From: Nitrospirota bacterium | Lineage (GTDB): Bacteria > Nitrospirota > UBA9217 | NCBI GenBank assembly: GCA_963790205.1 | Contig: CAWBNQ010000014.1 | Coordinates: forward strand, 160,001-224,000 | DNA: 64,000 nt | Reading direction: 5' to 3' | In this document: in pieces, positions 51,628 through 63,054 of the stretch | Layout of the letters: each line of letters opens with the position of its first letter | How positions within the stretch are numbered: the first letter of the stretch is position 1 | Notes under the pieces: model-generated | Told to the model about the DNA's origin: nothing | The model's input: the letters and a program-made list of their open reading frames with translations, nothing else | Database searches by the model: none | Made by a program: the position numbers and the translations under genes

Positions 51628-52113
51628 ATGAAGATGAGCCATATTTTTTTAATAGTTGTTTTTTTTGCAAATAGCATTATTGGTTGTTCTGTCGCGACCG
51701 GTCCCTTGTTTCATGAAGTTCCGCTGGAGGAGCATAAGGGGAAAGCGGTGGTTTATTTTTTCCGAAATAGTCTCTATGGTAGCGTATGGACCTTAGATTT
51801 AAGAATAAATGAAGGGAATGCTTTACCGTTACAGAACAAAGGATATCATTTGTTGATTCTTGATCCCGGAACTTACAATTTCGCAGTTTCCCAGAATTCC
51901 AAATTGTACGTTGAAAACACGTTTAATTTGCAGGGAGACAGAACATACTATATTCGTTATTGGGCTTATAAGGTGATTACTGGCTATGGACCATTTGGAA
52001 CCTACGGGACCCCTGTTTATTTCATTACTTCAGTTCCAAGAGACGGGGCGTTGGAAATTTTGAAAAAATGCCGGCTTATTGAGCTGCCGGGGACCGTAAA
52101 GGGTCAGCCCTGA
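51628..52113 (+). CDS. DUF2846-like lipoprotein
   Basis: Lipobox IIGC; KAVVYFFR, LDPGTY, TYYIR; AT-rich. Confidence 0.7.
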   Translation: MKMSHIFLIVVFFANSIIGCSVATGPLFHEVPLEEHKGKAVVYFFRNSLYGSVWTLDLRINEGNALPLQNKGYHLLILDPGTYNFAVSQNSKLYVENTFNLQGDRTYYIRYWAYKVITGYGPFGTYGTPVYFITSVPRDGALEILKKCRLIELPGTVKGQP

Positions 52114-52402
52114 AAAATAAGACCTTGAAGGTCAAGGGGCATTCATTTTAAAGCTCGTTGTCAAGAGAAAAGCCTCACTCTCTGATCGCGATTGGCGTTA
52201 AATATATTTATGGAAAATAAGCACGGCGCAAAAAAAACTTTGGGGACGTTGTGGCGCGAGTGAACTTGCGAAATTATCACTATAGATCGTAATTTCACGT
52301 TGGCATGTTCAACCAGTAATCCTCAGAATTATAAATTGATCGTCCTAATACTAGTAGGTGTATCAGGTAAAACTTTCAGAACTCAAATCAGCGCCCGATA
52401 TA

Positions 52403-53653
52403 TTATTCACGCCGCAGGGCGGCGATCGGGTCCAGTTGTGTGGCCCTCCACGCCGGGTAGAAGCCGAAGAAGACGCCGACGCCGATGGCGACTGCGGGGG
52501 CGACGATGAGGGCTTCCGGGGGAATGGACATCGGCCAGCCCAAAGCGTACCCCATAATGAAAGAGCCGGTCACACCCAAAACGACCCCCGAGAGGCCGCC
52601 GAAGAGGCTCAAGATGACGGCTTCGCCGAGAAACTGCAGGTGTATGGCGGAGGTCTTGGCCCCGACGGCCATGCGGATGCCGATTTCCCTGGTCCGTTCG
52701 GTCACGGACACGAGCATTACGTTCATGATCCCGATCCCGCCGACCAGAAGGGAGATGGAGGCGACGCTGATGAGAAACAGCGAGAGGGTCCGGTTCGCTT
52801 CGATCTGGGCCTTGATCATTTCATCCGGACGACGGATGTTAAAATCATCGCTCCCCGTTCGGATGTGGTGCCGCTCGCGCAGAAGCTCGTTGATCCGGGC
52901 AACGGCGGGTTTAACAGCGTCCAGGGACTCGGCCGAGCACATAATGTCGTCCAGCCACGAGAAACCCTTGCCCCGAAGCCTCTTCTGTACAGTCGTGTAG
53001 GGCATGATGATGGTGTCGTCCTGGTCCTGGCCGGTAGGCGACTGGCCTTTCGGCGCCAAGACGCCGATCACCCGGTATATCTGTTTATTGATGCGCGCTT
53101 CTTGTCCAACCGCGTCCCCGGATCCGAAGAGCTGCTGACGCACGGTCTGGCCGATGAGAACCACGTTTGCCACGTGGGCCACGGCTTCTTTTGTGAACGG
53201 TTCCCCCTCCGCCAGGTCCCATCGCCTGATATCCAAAAATTCAGGGGTAACGCCCCGGTAATGCGTCGTCCAATTGAGCTTCCCCGAGGCAATGAGCACG
53301 CTCCCGTCCACGTTCGGAGAAACACTTTTAATGAACGGCACTTCATGAAGGATCGCCTCGGCATCTTCCATGGTGAGTGAGGTCATGCCGTGGCTGCCGG
53401 ACCGCACCCCGTTCACGTTGCGGGAACCGGCCTCGACCCACACGAGGTTGTCCCCCAGGTTCTGGAGCTGCTGCTCGGCGCGCTGCGAGCCCGCCGTGCC
53501 GATGGCCACCACGCAAACGACCGCGGCAATGCCGATGGATATCCCGACGGCCGACAGCGCGCTTCGCGTCTTGTTCCGGGAAAGCGCGCGCACTGCCTCG
53601 CGGCCGAGGAGGCCGAGCGGGAGACCGATGATCTTATGTGCCTTGCCGGACAT
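52403..53653 (-). CDS. MacB/FtsX-like ABC transporter permease
   Basis: GISIGIAAVV, GGIGIMNVMLVSVTERTREIGIR, LDPIAALR. Confidence 0.93.
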   Translation of the reverse strand: MSGKAHKIIGLPLGLLGREAVRALSRNKTRSALSAVGISIGIAAVVCVVAIGTAGSQRAEQQLQNLGDNLVWVEAGSRNVNGVRSGSHGMTSLTMEDAEAILHEVPFIKSVSPNVDGSVLIASGKLNWTTHYRGVTPEFLDIRRWDLAEGEPFTKEAVAHVANVVLIGQTVRQQLFGSGDAVGQEARINKQIYRVIGVLAPKGQSPTGQDQDDTIIMPYTTVQKRLRGKGFSWLDDIMCSAESLDAVKPAVARINELLRERHHIRTGSDDFNIRRPDEMIKAQIEANRTLSLFLISVASISLLVGGIGIMNVMLVSVTERTREIGIRMAVGAKTSAIHLQFLGEAVILSLFGGLSGVVLGVTGSFIMGYALGWPMSIPPEALIVAPAVAIGVGVFFGFYPAWRATQLDPIAALRRE

Positions 53654-53839
53654 AGGGAGGGCCGTCTCTTTCAGCCATCATAGTACCCGGGGGCGCGGGT
53701 TCTGTCAACTGAGCACAAACTCTGCAATCAGGGAAACCGGAAGAGGAGCTTCGTTCCGGTTTCCTCTGCGCCGTTTTGTGGCGATCGCGTAATTCCGCTA
53801 CCACTCCCGCGCCCTGATACGGTATAATCAGTATCAGCC

Positions 53840-55261
53840 ATGCTCCCCCGGACCCTCGAATATCTTTCGCGGCTTATCACGCTTACCGCTCAACCCGTCT
53901 ACCTCGTCGGCGGGTCTGTCCGCGACCTGCTGATCGGCCTTCAGGACATCAAGGACATCGACCTCGTGATGCCGGCGGGCTCGGAGAGCGTTGCACGGCA
54001 TTTCGCAGACACGATCGGCGGGAGTTTTTTCTTTCTCGATGAAGAGCGGAAGATCACCCGGCTGGTGAAGCAATCGGACGGCGGGACCATTCAATTCGAT
54101 TTTACGAACTTCGAGGGACCGGACCTCGCCGCGGACCTCGGGCGCCGGGACTTTACCATGAATGCCATGGCCCTCGATCTTCGGGAATTCATCAAGGACC
54201 AATCCCTGGGGAAAATGATCGATCTGTTTCACGGCAGAGAGGATGTAACGAGCAGGCTCGTCCGCGCGGTAAAACCCGAAGTCCTGGATGAAGACCCCCT
54301 CCGGCTCCTGCGCGCCGTGCGGTTCGCCGCATCGCTTGGCTTTACGATCGAAGATAAGACAAAGACCGATATCAAAATACGCGCGGTCCTTATCGCCAAA
54401 CCTTCGCCGGAACGCATCCGGGATGAATTCTTCCAGATCCTCTCACAGCGGAGAGCGGACGAACACCTCACGCTCATGGACTCACTCGGACTTTTGTCGC
54501 ACCTGCTGCCCGAACTCGACACGCTCACGGGGTTTTCTCCCGGCAGATATCATATCTATGATGTCCGTACCCATTCGATCAAGGCGGCCGGATATGTGGA
54601 CAGCGTGCTTGACGATTTATCGAAGATATCGCCGGAGTACGCCCATCTTGTTTTCGAGCACCTTGATAAACTGCTCGAAAATCTCGTTCCCCGCAAAGCC
54701 GCGCTCCGGTTCGCCTGCCTTCTGCACGACATCGCAAAGCCCGAGGCCCTTTCGCAGGACGAAGAGGGCCACATCCATTTTTACGGCCACGATAATCTCG
54801 GGGCCGAAAAGGCGAAGGAGATATGCAGAAGGCTCCGGCTTTCCCGGGATACGGAGGCCATGGTCTCCTCGGTCATCAAGCAGCACATGCGGCTCTTTAA
54901 CCTCTCGACTCCCGGCGGGCCGAGCAAGAACGCCATGCACCGCTATTGCCGTGATCTGAAAGGCGCCCTGCCGGAAAGCCTTGTCCTCGCCCAGGCGGAC
55001 GCTCGGGCAACCTACGATATCATGCCCAGGGAGAAGTTCACGGACACGGAAAAACCCATGGCCGCGGTCCTGGAGTATTACTATGAAAAGTTCCTGAAGG
55101 CTGAGGAAAAACCGCTCGTGACCGGGAACGACTTGATTAAACGCGGGCTCAAGCCAGGTCCGCGGTTCCGGGAGATACTGGATGAGATCAAGGAGCGCCA
55201 GGCAGCGGGACTGCTCAAGGACCGGAATGAGGCCCTTGAGTTCATTGAGAGCTTGAAATGA
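53840..55261 (+). CDS. tRNA nucleotidyltransferase/poly(A) polymerase family protein with HD domain
   Basis: VGGSVRD, DID, RRDFTMNA, EDPLRLLRAVRF, LLHDIAKP. Confidence 0.92.
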   Translation: MLPRTLEYLSRLITLTAQPVYLVGGSVRDLLIGLQDIKDIDLVMPAGSESVARHFADTIGGSFFFLDEERKITRLVKQSDGGTIQFDFTNFEGPDLAADLGRRDFTMNAMALDLREFIKDQSLGKMIDLFHGREDVTSRLVRAVKPEVLDEDPLRLLRAVRFAASLGFTIEDKTKTDIKIRAVLIAKPSPERIRDEFFQILSQRRADEHLTLMDSLGLLSHLLPELDTLTGFSPGRYHIYDVRTHSIKAAGYVDSVLDDLSKISPEYAHLVFEHLDKLLENLVPRKAALRFACLLHDIAKPEALSQDEEGHIHFYGHDNLGAEKAKEICRRLRLSRDTEAMVSSVIKQHMRLFNLSTPGGPSKNAMHRYCRDLKGALPESLVLAQADARATYDIMPREKFTDTEKPMAAVLEYYYEKFLKAEEKPLVTGNDLIKRGLKPGPRFREILDEIKERQAAGLLKDRNEALEFIESLK

Positions 55262-55420
55262 TGTTTACCCGGATTATAACACTTTTTTATAAGGAACTTA
55301 GGTTTTCTTATAATCTTCTTGACAATGGCAACTGTTTGATTTATAAATAGTCCTTACAGCAGTCACCTTCTGATATTGCATCATTTCCAAATCCATCACC
55401 ATGCAGCGGTCACCTAATCT

Positions 55421-56329
55421 ATGGAAGACCATAAACTGAGAGTTTTCTGCGCCGTCGCGGAGACCAAAAGCTTTTCCAAGGCCTCCGAGCTCATCCATCT
55501 CACCCAGCCGGCAGTGAGCCTCCAGGTGCAGGCCATGGAGGAGCTCTACGAGACCCGCTTGTTCGACCGTTCCGGCAATGCCATCAACCTGACCCCGGCG
55601 GGCGAGATCCTGTACAAGAGGGCGAAAGAGATCCTGGCGCTTTACGCCGAGGCGCAGAAGAACATCAGCGAGATAACCGGCGCGATCAAGGGTTCTCTCT
55701 CCATCGGCGCCAGTTCGACCATCGGCAACTATCTCCTCCCCTCGATCATCTCCGCTTTTAAAAAGAAGGTTCCCCAGGTCAACATCTCCCTCGTCGTGAG
55801 CAATACAAAGACCATCACGGAAAAGTTGAACGCCGGCGAGATCGATATCGCGCTGGTGGAAGGCGACGTGAGCAAGCAGCGCTTTACCGTGGAGACGCTG
55901 CTGTCGGACGAGCTCGTGGTCGTTATGTCGCCCGCCCACCCGTGGGCGGAGCGGAGGAACATCCCGGGGATCGAGATGACGAAGGAGCCCCTCATTATGC
56001 GGGAAGAGGGGTCGGGCACCCGCCAGATCATCCTGAAGCATCTTGAAGACCACGGGATCAAGCTCGACAACCTCAAGATCACCCTTGTTCTCGGCAGCAC
56101 GGAAGCGATCAAAAGCGCCGTGGAAGAAGGCATGGGTGTCTCGATCCTCTCCGCCTGGGCGGTCCGGCAAGCGATCAAGCACGGGATCCTGAAGGCCACC
56201 ACGTTCAAGGACGTCAAGTTCCACCGGAACTTCAGCATCATCTCGCCCAAGCGCAACTACTGCACGCACACGGCCAAGGAATTCCTGAACTTCCTCAAGG
56301 TCTATCCTATCAAAGCTCCCATTTCCTGA
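55421..56329 (+). CDS. LysR family regulator (CysL-like / selenium-metabolism-associated type)
   Basis: SFSKAS..LTQPAVS; GASSTIGNYLLP; REEGSGTR; GSTEAIK. Confidence 0.9.
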   Translation: MEDHKLRVFCAVAETKSFSKASELIHLTQPAVSLQVQAMEELYETRLFDRSGNAINLTPAGEILYKRAKEILALYAEAQKNISEITGAIKGSLSIGASSTIGNYLLPSIISAFKKKVPQVNISLVVSNTKTITEKLNAGEIDIALVEGDVSKQRFTVETLLSDELVVVMSPAHPWAERRNIPGIEMTKEPLIMREEGSGTRQIILKHLEDHGIKLDNLKITLVLGSTEAIKSAVEEGMGVSILSAWAVRQAIKHGILKATTFKDVKFHRNFSIISPKRNYCTHTAKEFLNFLKVYPIKAPIS

Positions 56330-58856
56330 GATACATTCTTTTCAAGTTCTCCCGTTCCTGCTCCCAGATAGAAGCGCGGCTTGCCCGGCTGATCCGGTTG
56401 AGCTCCCGTTCATTCCAGGTAACGGCCTTCAGGACCCCTCCGTCCGCCGACAAAACGATTGCGCCATCCCGGTCCGTACGGTATATCCTGGTTCCGCTGC
56501 TCGCATACCGTGAGATGACCTCATCGGAAGGGTGATGGTACCTGTTCCCTCTCCCAACGGTCACGACGGCGGCAGAGGGCCGTGCAGCGGACACAAATGC
56601 TTCGGAGCTCGAGCTTTTGCTGCCGTGGTGCGGGACCTTGAGCAGGTCACTCTTTAGGTCCTGTCCTCTCTTGATCAAGTCCTTCTCAGCCCCCGTGCCG
56701 ATATCGCCGGTAAACAGTAGCACCAGGTCATGAAAGGCGACCCGCACGACAAGCGAACGGTCGTTCTCGGCCGCATAGGCTTGCCTTTCGTGACTGTGAA
56801 AACCGCGCGCGGGATGGAGCACGCGCAACTCCGCGCTGCCGAGTTGAACAGGCGGGTCATCCGCAGACACGAATTTCCGGCTGATGCTCCTCCCGGCAAT
56901 GACCCTGTTAAATTCATCGTATCCTGGAAGGCCGGTGTCCTGCCCATGGGTCCAGACCTCGCCAACGTCGAATTTTTGGAGGATGAACGTGAGCCCGTTC
57001 ATGTGGTCGGGGTGCGGGTGCGACAGGACCACGAGGTCAAGCCTGCGAACACCTCTGTTCCAGAGGTAGGGAGCGAGTACGCGCCTCCCTATATCGAAGC
57101 GGTCGTCGTACGTTCCGCCCCCGTCGATCAGTATGTTGTTGCCCGCCGGGAGCCTGATGAGGGCGCTGTCCCCCTGCCCCACATCGGGGAAGGCGACCTC
57201 AATGGCCCGCTTCGCGAGAAACGGCTGCGTCGTGATAGCGGTCAATAACGTCCCTGCAAGCGCGACCACGATGATTGACGCTCTTGAAGCTCGGGAGGAA
57301 TATTCGAGCGGCTTAAAACGATAGAGCATCTTTGACCTGATGAGACTTGCCAGACCTAGAATGAGCGCGCCGTAACAGAGGAGCCATAGTATCCCCGGTG
57401 ACGGAGGATGAAATTCGGCAAAAGGAAGGCGGGAGAAGAATGCGACCGTATTGATAAACAGGTCGGCAATGAACTGGTTCGGGGCCGCCAGCGGCAGATG
57501 ATGCGTGAACAGCGACAGGACGCCTGAAAAGAGCCCCAGCGGAACGACCACCATCCCGGCAAAGGGCACGATGACCATGTTCGAAATGATCCCAGCAAAC
57601 GAGACCTGGTTGAAATAGCGCGCCACAAGCGGCCCCGTGGAGAGACTCGCGGTAAAAGATATCATGACCAGCAAGGCCGCGCTGTTCCTGAGCTTCTGCA
57701 CCATAGTCAGGGCCTTGATGCCGAGTTCGCTCCAGAGCATGACGATATAGCCTATGCTCAGCACTGAGATGAACGAGAGCTGAAAGGATATGTCGAAGAA
57801 GGCCTGCGGCCCGGCAAGGAGAATAATCAAGGCCGCGGTCGCGAGTGAATGCATCAAGGCGTTTTCCCGGTCAAGGAGGAGTGCGGCAAGAGCAGCCGTG
57901 ATCATCATGAGCGAGCGGACCGTGGCCACCTGCCCCCCGGCAAGGAGCGTATAAAAGACCACCAGCGGGAGCGTCATCACTGCCGAGATCTTCTTCGGGT
58001 CGGCATGCAGCGTCAAGAGGAGATAAGTACGCTCGGGCAAGAAGCGCATCAGAACCCGGGCCAGACCGAAGCAGAGGACCGCAAGCATGCCCAGGTGCGA
58101 GCCCGAGATGGAGATGATATGCGTGACCCCGGCAGCCATGAATTGGTCGCGGGTGTCGTCCGTGAGCCCGCCCTCCTCCCCCAGGACCATGGCCTGAAGG
58201 ATTGCCGAGCCGGGGCCCGTAGTAGAAGTGAGGAACGCCTGCCGTATCCGCTCGCGCCAGTCCTGGATGGTCCTGAATATGCCGCTGCCTGCTCCGATGG
58301 TCCGGACCTGCTTGCCCCCCTTGACGCTTACCATGCGATAGATCCCGCTTTGTGCGAGATATGCCGCATAGTCGAAGCCGCGCGGGTTATTGAATCCTCT
58401 CGGTTCAAACATCCTGCCGGAAACGCTGATGATATCGCCGTATCCGATCGACGTCAGTCCTTCACGCACGCTCACACGGACCTTTCCTGTCGCCGGAGCG
58501 CCGTCGATATCTGAAAGCTCCATGGCAAATGCCGTCCTGTCGGGGGCACGGTCCGGGGGCGATGAGATCGTTCCGGTCATTTCATGGATCGCTTTGTCAT
58601 CCGGGACAATTCGCACGTAATGGTTCGCCGGCAGCCAGAGCACTGAATAGAGGTACGCGGCCATGCCGATGATTCCGGGGATGATAATAAGAAGAAAACG
58701 GCTGAGAGCAACCCTCTCTCGCCATGTCATGACGGCAAGAATGAGGACAACGATAGCGGCGAGGATGATTATTGAATACGGGAAGTAGAGAAATCCATGT
58801 CCGAACAGCAGGCCTGAACAATACGCGAGCGTGAGAGCTATGATGGGTTTCTGCAT
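56310..58856 (-). CDS. comEC: DNA uptake protein ComEC/Rec2
   Basis: HIISISGSH, SFQLSF, DVGQGD, SHPHPDH, KVPHHGS. Confidence 0.95.
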   Translation of the reverse strand: MQKPIIALTLAYCSGLLFGHGFLYFPYSIIILAAIVVLILAVMTWRERVALSRFLLIIIPGIIGMAAYLYSVLWLPANHYVRIVPDDKAIHEMTGTISSPPDRAPDRTAFAMELSDIDGAPATGKVRVSVREGLTSIGYGDIISVSGRMFEPRGFNNPRGFDYAAYLAQSGIYRMVSVKGGKQVRTIGAGSGIFRTIQDWRERIRQAFLTSTTGPGSAILQAMVLGEEGGLTDDTRDQFMAAGVTHIISISGSHLGMLAVLCFGLARVLMRFLPERTYLLLTLHADPKKISAVMTLPLVVFYTLLAGGQVATVRSLMMITAALAALLLDRENALMHSLATAALIILLAGPQAFFDISFQLSFISVLSIGYIVMLWSELGIKALTMVQKLRNSAALLVMISFTASLSTGPLVARYFNQVSFAGIISNMVIVPFAGMVVVPLGLFSGVLSLFTHHLPLAAPNQFIADLFINTVAFFSRLPFAEFHPPSPGILWLLCYGALILGLASLIRSKMLYRFKPLEYSSRASRASIIVVALAGTLLTAITTQPFLAKRAIEVAFPDVGQGDSALIRLPAGNNILIDGGGTYDDRFDIGRRVLAPYLWNRGVRRLDLVVLSHPHPDHMNGLTFILQKFDVGEVWTHGQDTGLPGYDEFNRVIAGRSISRKFVSADDPPVQLGSAELRVLHPARGFHSHERQAYAAENDRSLVVRVAFHDLVLLFTGDIGTGAEKDLIKRGQDLKSDLLKVPHHGSKSSSSEAFVSAARPSAAVVTVGRGNRYHHPSDEVISRYASSGTRIYRTDRDGAIVLSADGGVLKAVTWNERELNRISRASRASIWEQERENLKRMYLRKWEL

Positions 58857-58982
58857 AGACGTTTCGAATATCGGACTCTGTCGTGAGCGCTGTCGAACGA
58901 CCGCAGATTGCGCAGTGACAAGCGGCGCATACGTACTGAAAGCATATTGCACATCGTAAGTTGTGAATGTTGGATCAGCTTC

Positions 58983-60332
58983 TTACCCCAGTTTTTCCCT
59001 GATGATCCCCGCAAGATCCTCCGCCAGCGCCCTGATCTCCTTTTCGTCTTCGCCTTCGAGCATGACGCGGACCTTGGGCTCCGTGCCTGAATAGCGGACA
59101 AGAAGACGGCCGGTGCCGTCGAGCTTTTTCTCGATCTCGGCCATCCGCTTTGCGATTTCGGGGATCGTTGCAAGGTCCCGCCGCTCTTTCACGTTCACAT
59201 TGACGAGCGTCTGGGGATAGGTCTTCATGCACGAGGCAAGCTCGGACAGGGGCTTCCCGGCCTGCTTCATGATCGCCAGGACCTGAAGAGCCGAGATAAG
59301 TCCGTCTCCGGTCGTGTTATTGTCAAGGAAGATGATGTGCCCCGACTGCTCTCCGCCGAGGTTGTATCCGCCCTCGATCATTTTCTCCATCACGGAGCGA
59401 TCGCCCACGGCGGCGCGCACCAGCTTGCCGCCCGCCTTTTGCATCGCCAGCTCCAGGCCGAGGTTGCTCATGACCGTGGCGACCAGCGTGTTCTGTTTGA
59501 GCCTGCCCTCTTTCATCATCTGGAGCGCGCAGATGGCCATGACCGCATCGCCATCCACCGTAACGCCTTTTTCGTCGCAGAGAATCACCCGGTCCGCGTC
59601 GCCGTCAAAGGCAATGCCGAGCCGGGCGCTGTTCGCAACCACGGCGCGGGAAATAACTGCGGGATGGAGCGAGCCGCAGCCCTGGTTTATGTTCATGCCG
59701 TTCGGCTGGTCATAGAGCGAGATGACGTCCGCCCCGAGCTCGGTAAGGATGCGCGGCCCGATCTTGTACGCCGCGCCGTTTGCGGAGTCCACGACCACGC
59801 GCACTCCGGCGAGGTCCATGCCGCGCGGGACCGAGGCTTTCACGAACTCATTGTATCTTCCGATCGCATCGTCGATCCTGAAGGCCTTGCCGATCTCGGA
59901 CGCGGTCGGTCGGACGGAATCGACGGCCCCTGAAAAGATCAGGTCCTCCATCTTTTTTTCCGTCTCGTCAGGCAGTTTGAACCCGTCGCGGCCGAAGAAC
60001 TTGATGCCGTTGTCCTCATAGGGGTTGTGCGAGGCGGAGATGACCACGCCCGCGTCGGCCCTGAGGCTGCGGGTGAGAAAGGCGATCCCGGGCGTCGGCA
60101 CCGGGCCCACGAGCAGCACGTCGACGCCCATGGAGCAGAGCCCCGAGGTGAGCGCGCTCTCGATCATGTAGCCCGAAAGCCGCGTGTCCTTGCCGATCAC
60201 GATCCGGTGGCGGCGGGAGGAATCACGGAATACGTGCGCCGCGGCCCTTCCGATACGCAAGGCCATTTCCGAGGTCATGGGTTCCTGGTTTGCGACGCCT
60301 CGGACGCCGTCGGTCCCGAAAAGCTTCCTCAT
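58983..60332 (-). CDS. glmM: Phosphoglucosamine mutase
   Basis: [34 protein letters not shown]. Confidence 0.97.
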   Translation of the reverse strand: MRKLFGTDGVRGVANQEPMTSEMALRIGRAAAHVFRDSSRRHRIVIGKDTRLSGYMIESALTSGLCSMGVDVLLVGPVPTPGIAFLTRSLRADAGVVISASHNPYEDNGIKFFGRDGFKLPDETEKKMEDLIFSGAVDSVRPTASEIGKAFRIDDAIGRYNEFVKASVPRGMDLAGVRVVVDSANGAAYKIGPRILTELGADVISLYDQPNGMNINQGCGSLHPAVISRAVVANSARLGIAFDGDADRVILCDEKGVTVDGDAVMAICALQMMKEGRLKQNTLVATVMSNLGLELAMQKAGGKLVRAAVGDRSVMEKMIEGGYNLGGEQSGHIIFLDNNTTGDGLISALQVLAIMKQAGKPLSELASCMKTYPQTLVNVNVKERRDLATIPEIAKRMAEIEKKLDGTGRLLVRYSGTEPKVRVMLEGEDEKEIRALAEDLAGIIREKLG

Positions 60333-60985
60333 TTTCCCGTCCTCTCAATAGCGACCCGCACGATAATGCTCTTTTCCAGAAGTTTTACCGGCTGTCCCTG
60401 ATAATCTATCTTCGGCTCGATGGCCAAGCCCTCCCTGGCCCCCTGGATGTCGATCGGCATGGTCTCCAGTTTGTCAAGCGTCTTCATCACGCTCGCCGGG
60501 CCTTCGACGACGATCTTCGCCGGTATGACCGCGACGCCGGCCAGGTGATAGCCTGCGGCGGGCGCGCCGTGCAGCACCGGCCTGAGCCGAAACGTCCTCC
60601 GGATGAGCGGTTCCAGCTTCACCTTGACCTCGGACAGCGACATATGCGTCACCATGACCCCGTCCGGGCGCTTGATATCGTCGGGGGAGATCCGCACGAT
60701 GTTCTCCCCCTCTTTGGTCATCGAAAGGTCGAGAATGCCTGTCACCTTTTTCCCGAACGCGCTGTCGCCGAGCACGCGTTCCTGCCCCTGTACGCGGACT
60801 TCGACATCGCTCGTCACATCGCCCACGACCGTCATGCCCTGGGGGATGTTCCGGAGCTCGAGGGGGACCGTGAGCGTCATCTCCGTCTTGCCCGTCGACG
60901 TCACGTAGAGCCACAGCGCGATCGCGCAGAGGAGCGAGATGAGCTTGATGGTCCAGTTGTCGGTAAGTATCCTGCGAAAGTCCAT
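60329..60985 (-). CDS. cdaR: YbbR/CdaR-like regulator
   Basis: [19 protein letters not shown] followed by YbbR-like beta repeats; between cdaA and glmM. Confidence 0.88.
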   Translation of the reverse strand: MDFRRILTDNWTIKLISLLCAIALWLYVTSTGKTEMTLTVPLELRNIPQGMTVVGDVTSDVEVRVQGQERVLGDSAFGKKVTGILDLSMTKEGENIVRISPDDIKRPDGVMVTHMSLSEVKVKLEPLIRRTFRLRPVLHGAPAAGYHLAGVAVIPAKIVVEGPASVMKTLDKLETMPIDIQGAREGLAIEPKIDYQGQPVKLLEKSIIVRVAIERTGK

Positions 60986-60986
60986 G

Positions 60987-61781
60987 TTACGGTTTCCTGT
61001 TCTTTTTCCTGACGAAAATGCCGGACAGCGCCTTCCTGAGCGCCGGCGTCTCGAGCGTGTGTTCGATCGATCCGTTCGCTACCACCGAGATCTCTCCCGT
61101 TTCCTCCGAAACCACGACCACGACGGCGTCGGACTCTTCGGTCAGACCGACGGCGGCGCGGTGACGCGTGCCGAGGGACTTGGAAAGGTTCGACGAGAGG
61201 GTGAGCGGCAGAAAGCACCCTGCCGCGATGATCCTTCCGCCCCGGATGATCGCGGCGCCGTCATGGATCGGCGAATAGGGGAGAAAGATGCTGACGAGGA
61301 GCTCCTTGGTGACTTTGGCGTCGAGCTCGGTGCCCATCTCCACGATGGTCGTCAGGTCCGTGTCCCGTTCGAGCACGATCAGCGCGCCGATGCGTTTGTT
61401 CGCCATGGAGACCGCGGCCTTGACCGTTTCCTCGACGAATTTGGAACCTTCGACGTACGACAGGGACCTGAAGAGGCGGCGCTCGCCGACCTGCGCCAGC
61501 GCGCGCCTGATCTCGGGCTGGAACAGAATTACGATGGCCAGCACGATCTGGGACCAAACGCTGTGGAGAAGCCAGTCGAGGGTGTAGAACTCGAGCGCCC
61601 GCGAGGCAATGAGGGCCAGCACGATCAACCCGATGCCGATGAGCATCTGGAAAGCGCGTGTGCCCTTGATGATGAGGAGCAGCCGGTAGAAGAGGTAGTA
61701 GACAAGGGCGATGTCTACGGTATCGTTGAACCACCGGTAGTGCGCAAGGGCCTCGCGTATGTCGGTAATGTTATCCATCAA
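60987..61781 (-). CDS. cdaA: Diadenylate cyclase CdaA/DacA
   Basis: 3 TM helices, FQPEIRRAL, HDGA and GTRHRAA motifs. Confidence 0.96.
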   Translation of the reverse strand: MMDNITDIREALAHYRWFNDTVDIALVYYLFYRLLLIIKGTRAFQMLIGIGLIVLALIASRALEFYTLDWLLHSVWSQIVLAIVILFQPEIRRALAQVGERRLFRSLSYVEGSKFVEETVKAAVSMANKRIGALIVLERDTDLTTIVEMGTELDAKVTKELLVSIFLPYSPIHDGAAIIRGGRIIAAGCFLPLTLSSNLSKSLGTRHRAAVGLTEESDAVVVVVSEETGEISVVANGSIEHTLETPALRKALSGIFVRKKNRKP

Positions 61782-61874
61782 AATAAAATCTTAAATCCTG
61801 ATTTCTAAATCCTGAACAAGCTCAAAACTGCAATATCCAAAAGGTGCGGGACGTTCGAATTTCGTGATTGGTAA

Positions 61875-63045
61875 TTATTTTGAATTCCGGATTTCGTGCT
61901 TAGAATTTGCCCTTACGATCGCGTCCGTCATGCGCGCGACCTGGACCATACGCTTCACGTCATGGACCCGGACCACGCTGGCCCCTCGCTCGATCCCAAG
62001 CGCCACCGTGGCCGCGGTGCCGTCGACGCGTTCTTCAGGCACGGGAATGTCGAGGACCGCGCCGATGAACTTCTTTCGCGACGTGCCGAGCACGATCGGC
62101 CTGCCGAGGCCTCGAAATTCGTCGAGCCGTTCCAGAATCGCGAGGTTATGATCGAGCGTCTTGCCGAACCCGATGCCCGGATCGATGAGGACCTTCTCCC
62201 GGCCGACGCCCGCCTTAACAGCGATGTCTATCCCTTCGTCGAGATAGGACATGATCTCGCCCATCAGGTCCGAATAGACCGGGTTCTCCTGCATATCGCG
62301 CGGTGTTCCCTTGATGTGCATGATGACCACGGCAGCGCCGTAATCAGCGGCTACCTGCGCCATGTCCGGAGAAAACCGGAGACCGCTGATGTCGTTCACG
62401 ATCGAGGCCCCCGCTTCGAACGCTTTTTTCGCCACCTTCGCCTTGTACGTGTCGACGGAAATCGGGAGCGTAAGTTCGGCGGAAAGACGTTCAATGACCG
62501 GGATGATCCTGCTGCAGCTCTTCCTCCTCGGACAGCGGCCGCGCCCCGGGTCTGGTGGACTCTCCGCCGATATCGATGATATCGGCGCCCGCCGCAGCCA
62601 TCTCATGGGCGTGCGCGAGGGCCTTGTCCGTGTTTGCATACAGGCCGCCGTCGGAAAAGGAATCGGGCGTCACGTTGAGGATGCCCATAACGTGTGTGCG
62701 GACAGCGAGGTCGAGGATTTTTCCCCTGCAGTCAATTTTATAATCCGAGCGCAGGTGGTTGTCAAGCAAAGAGTCTATTTTTTTTGAAAGGTTTGCCGGA
62801 ATGCCGTCATGCGTCACGACGGAGGAAATTGCGTGTTTCAGCTGAACGAACGTGCCGGTCAAGACAACATCGGCCGGAGAACTGCCGGCGGGGTGTTCAA
62901 AAAAAGGCGAGGGAGCGGGACTGAAGCCGGCCCCACTGCCCGATGATCGAACGAGTTCTCGAAGAACGTCGGCCTGTCCGGAGGTCAGGCCGCTCAGGGT
63001 CACTCTTATTGCCCCGCGGCCGCTGATCCGGAGGACAGGCCCCAT
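61875..63045 (-). CDS. folP: Dihydropteroate synthase with N-terminal extension (indel near 62510)
   Basis: [39 protein letters not shown]. Confidence 0.94.
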
Positions 63046-63054
63046 GCCGCCCTC

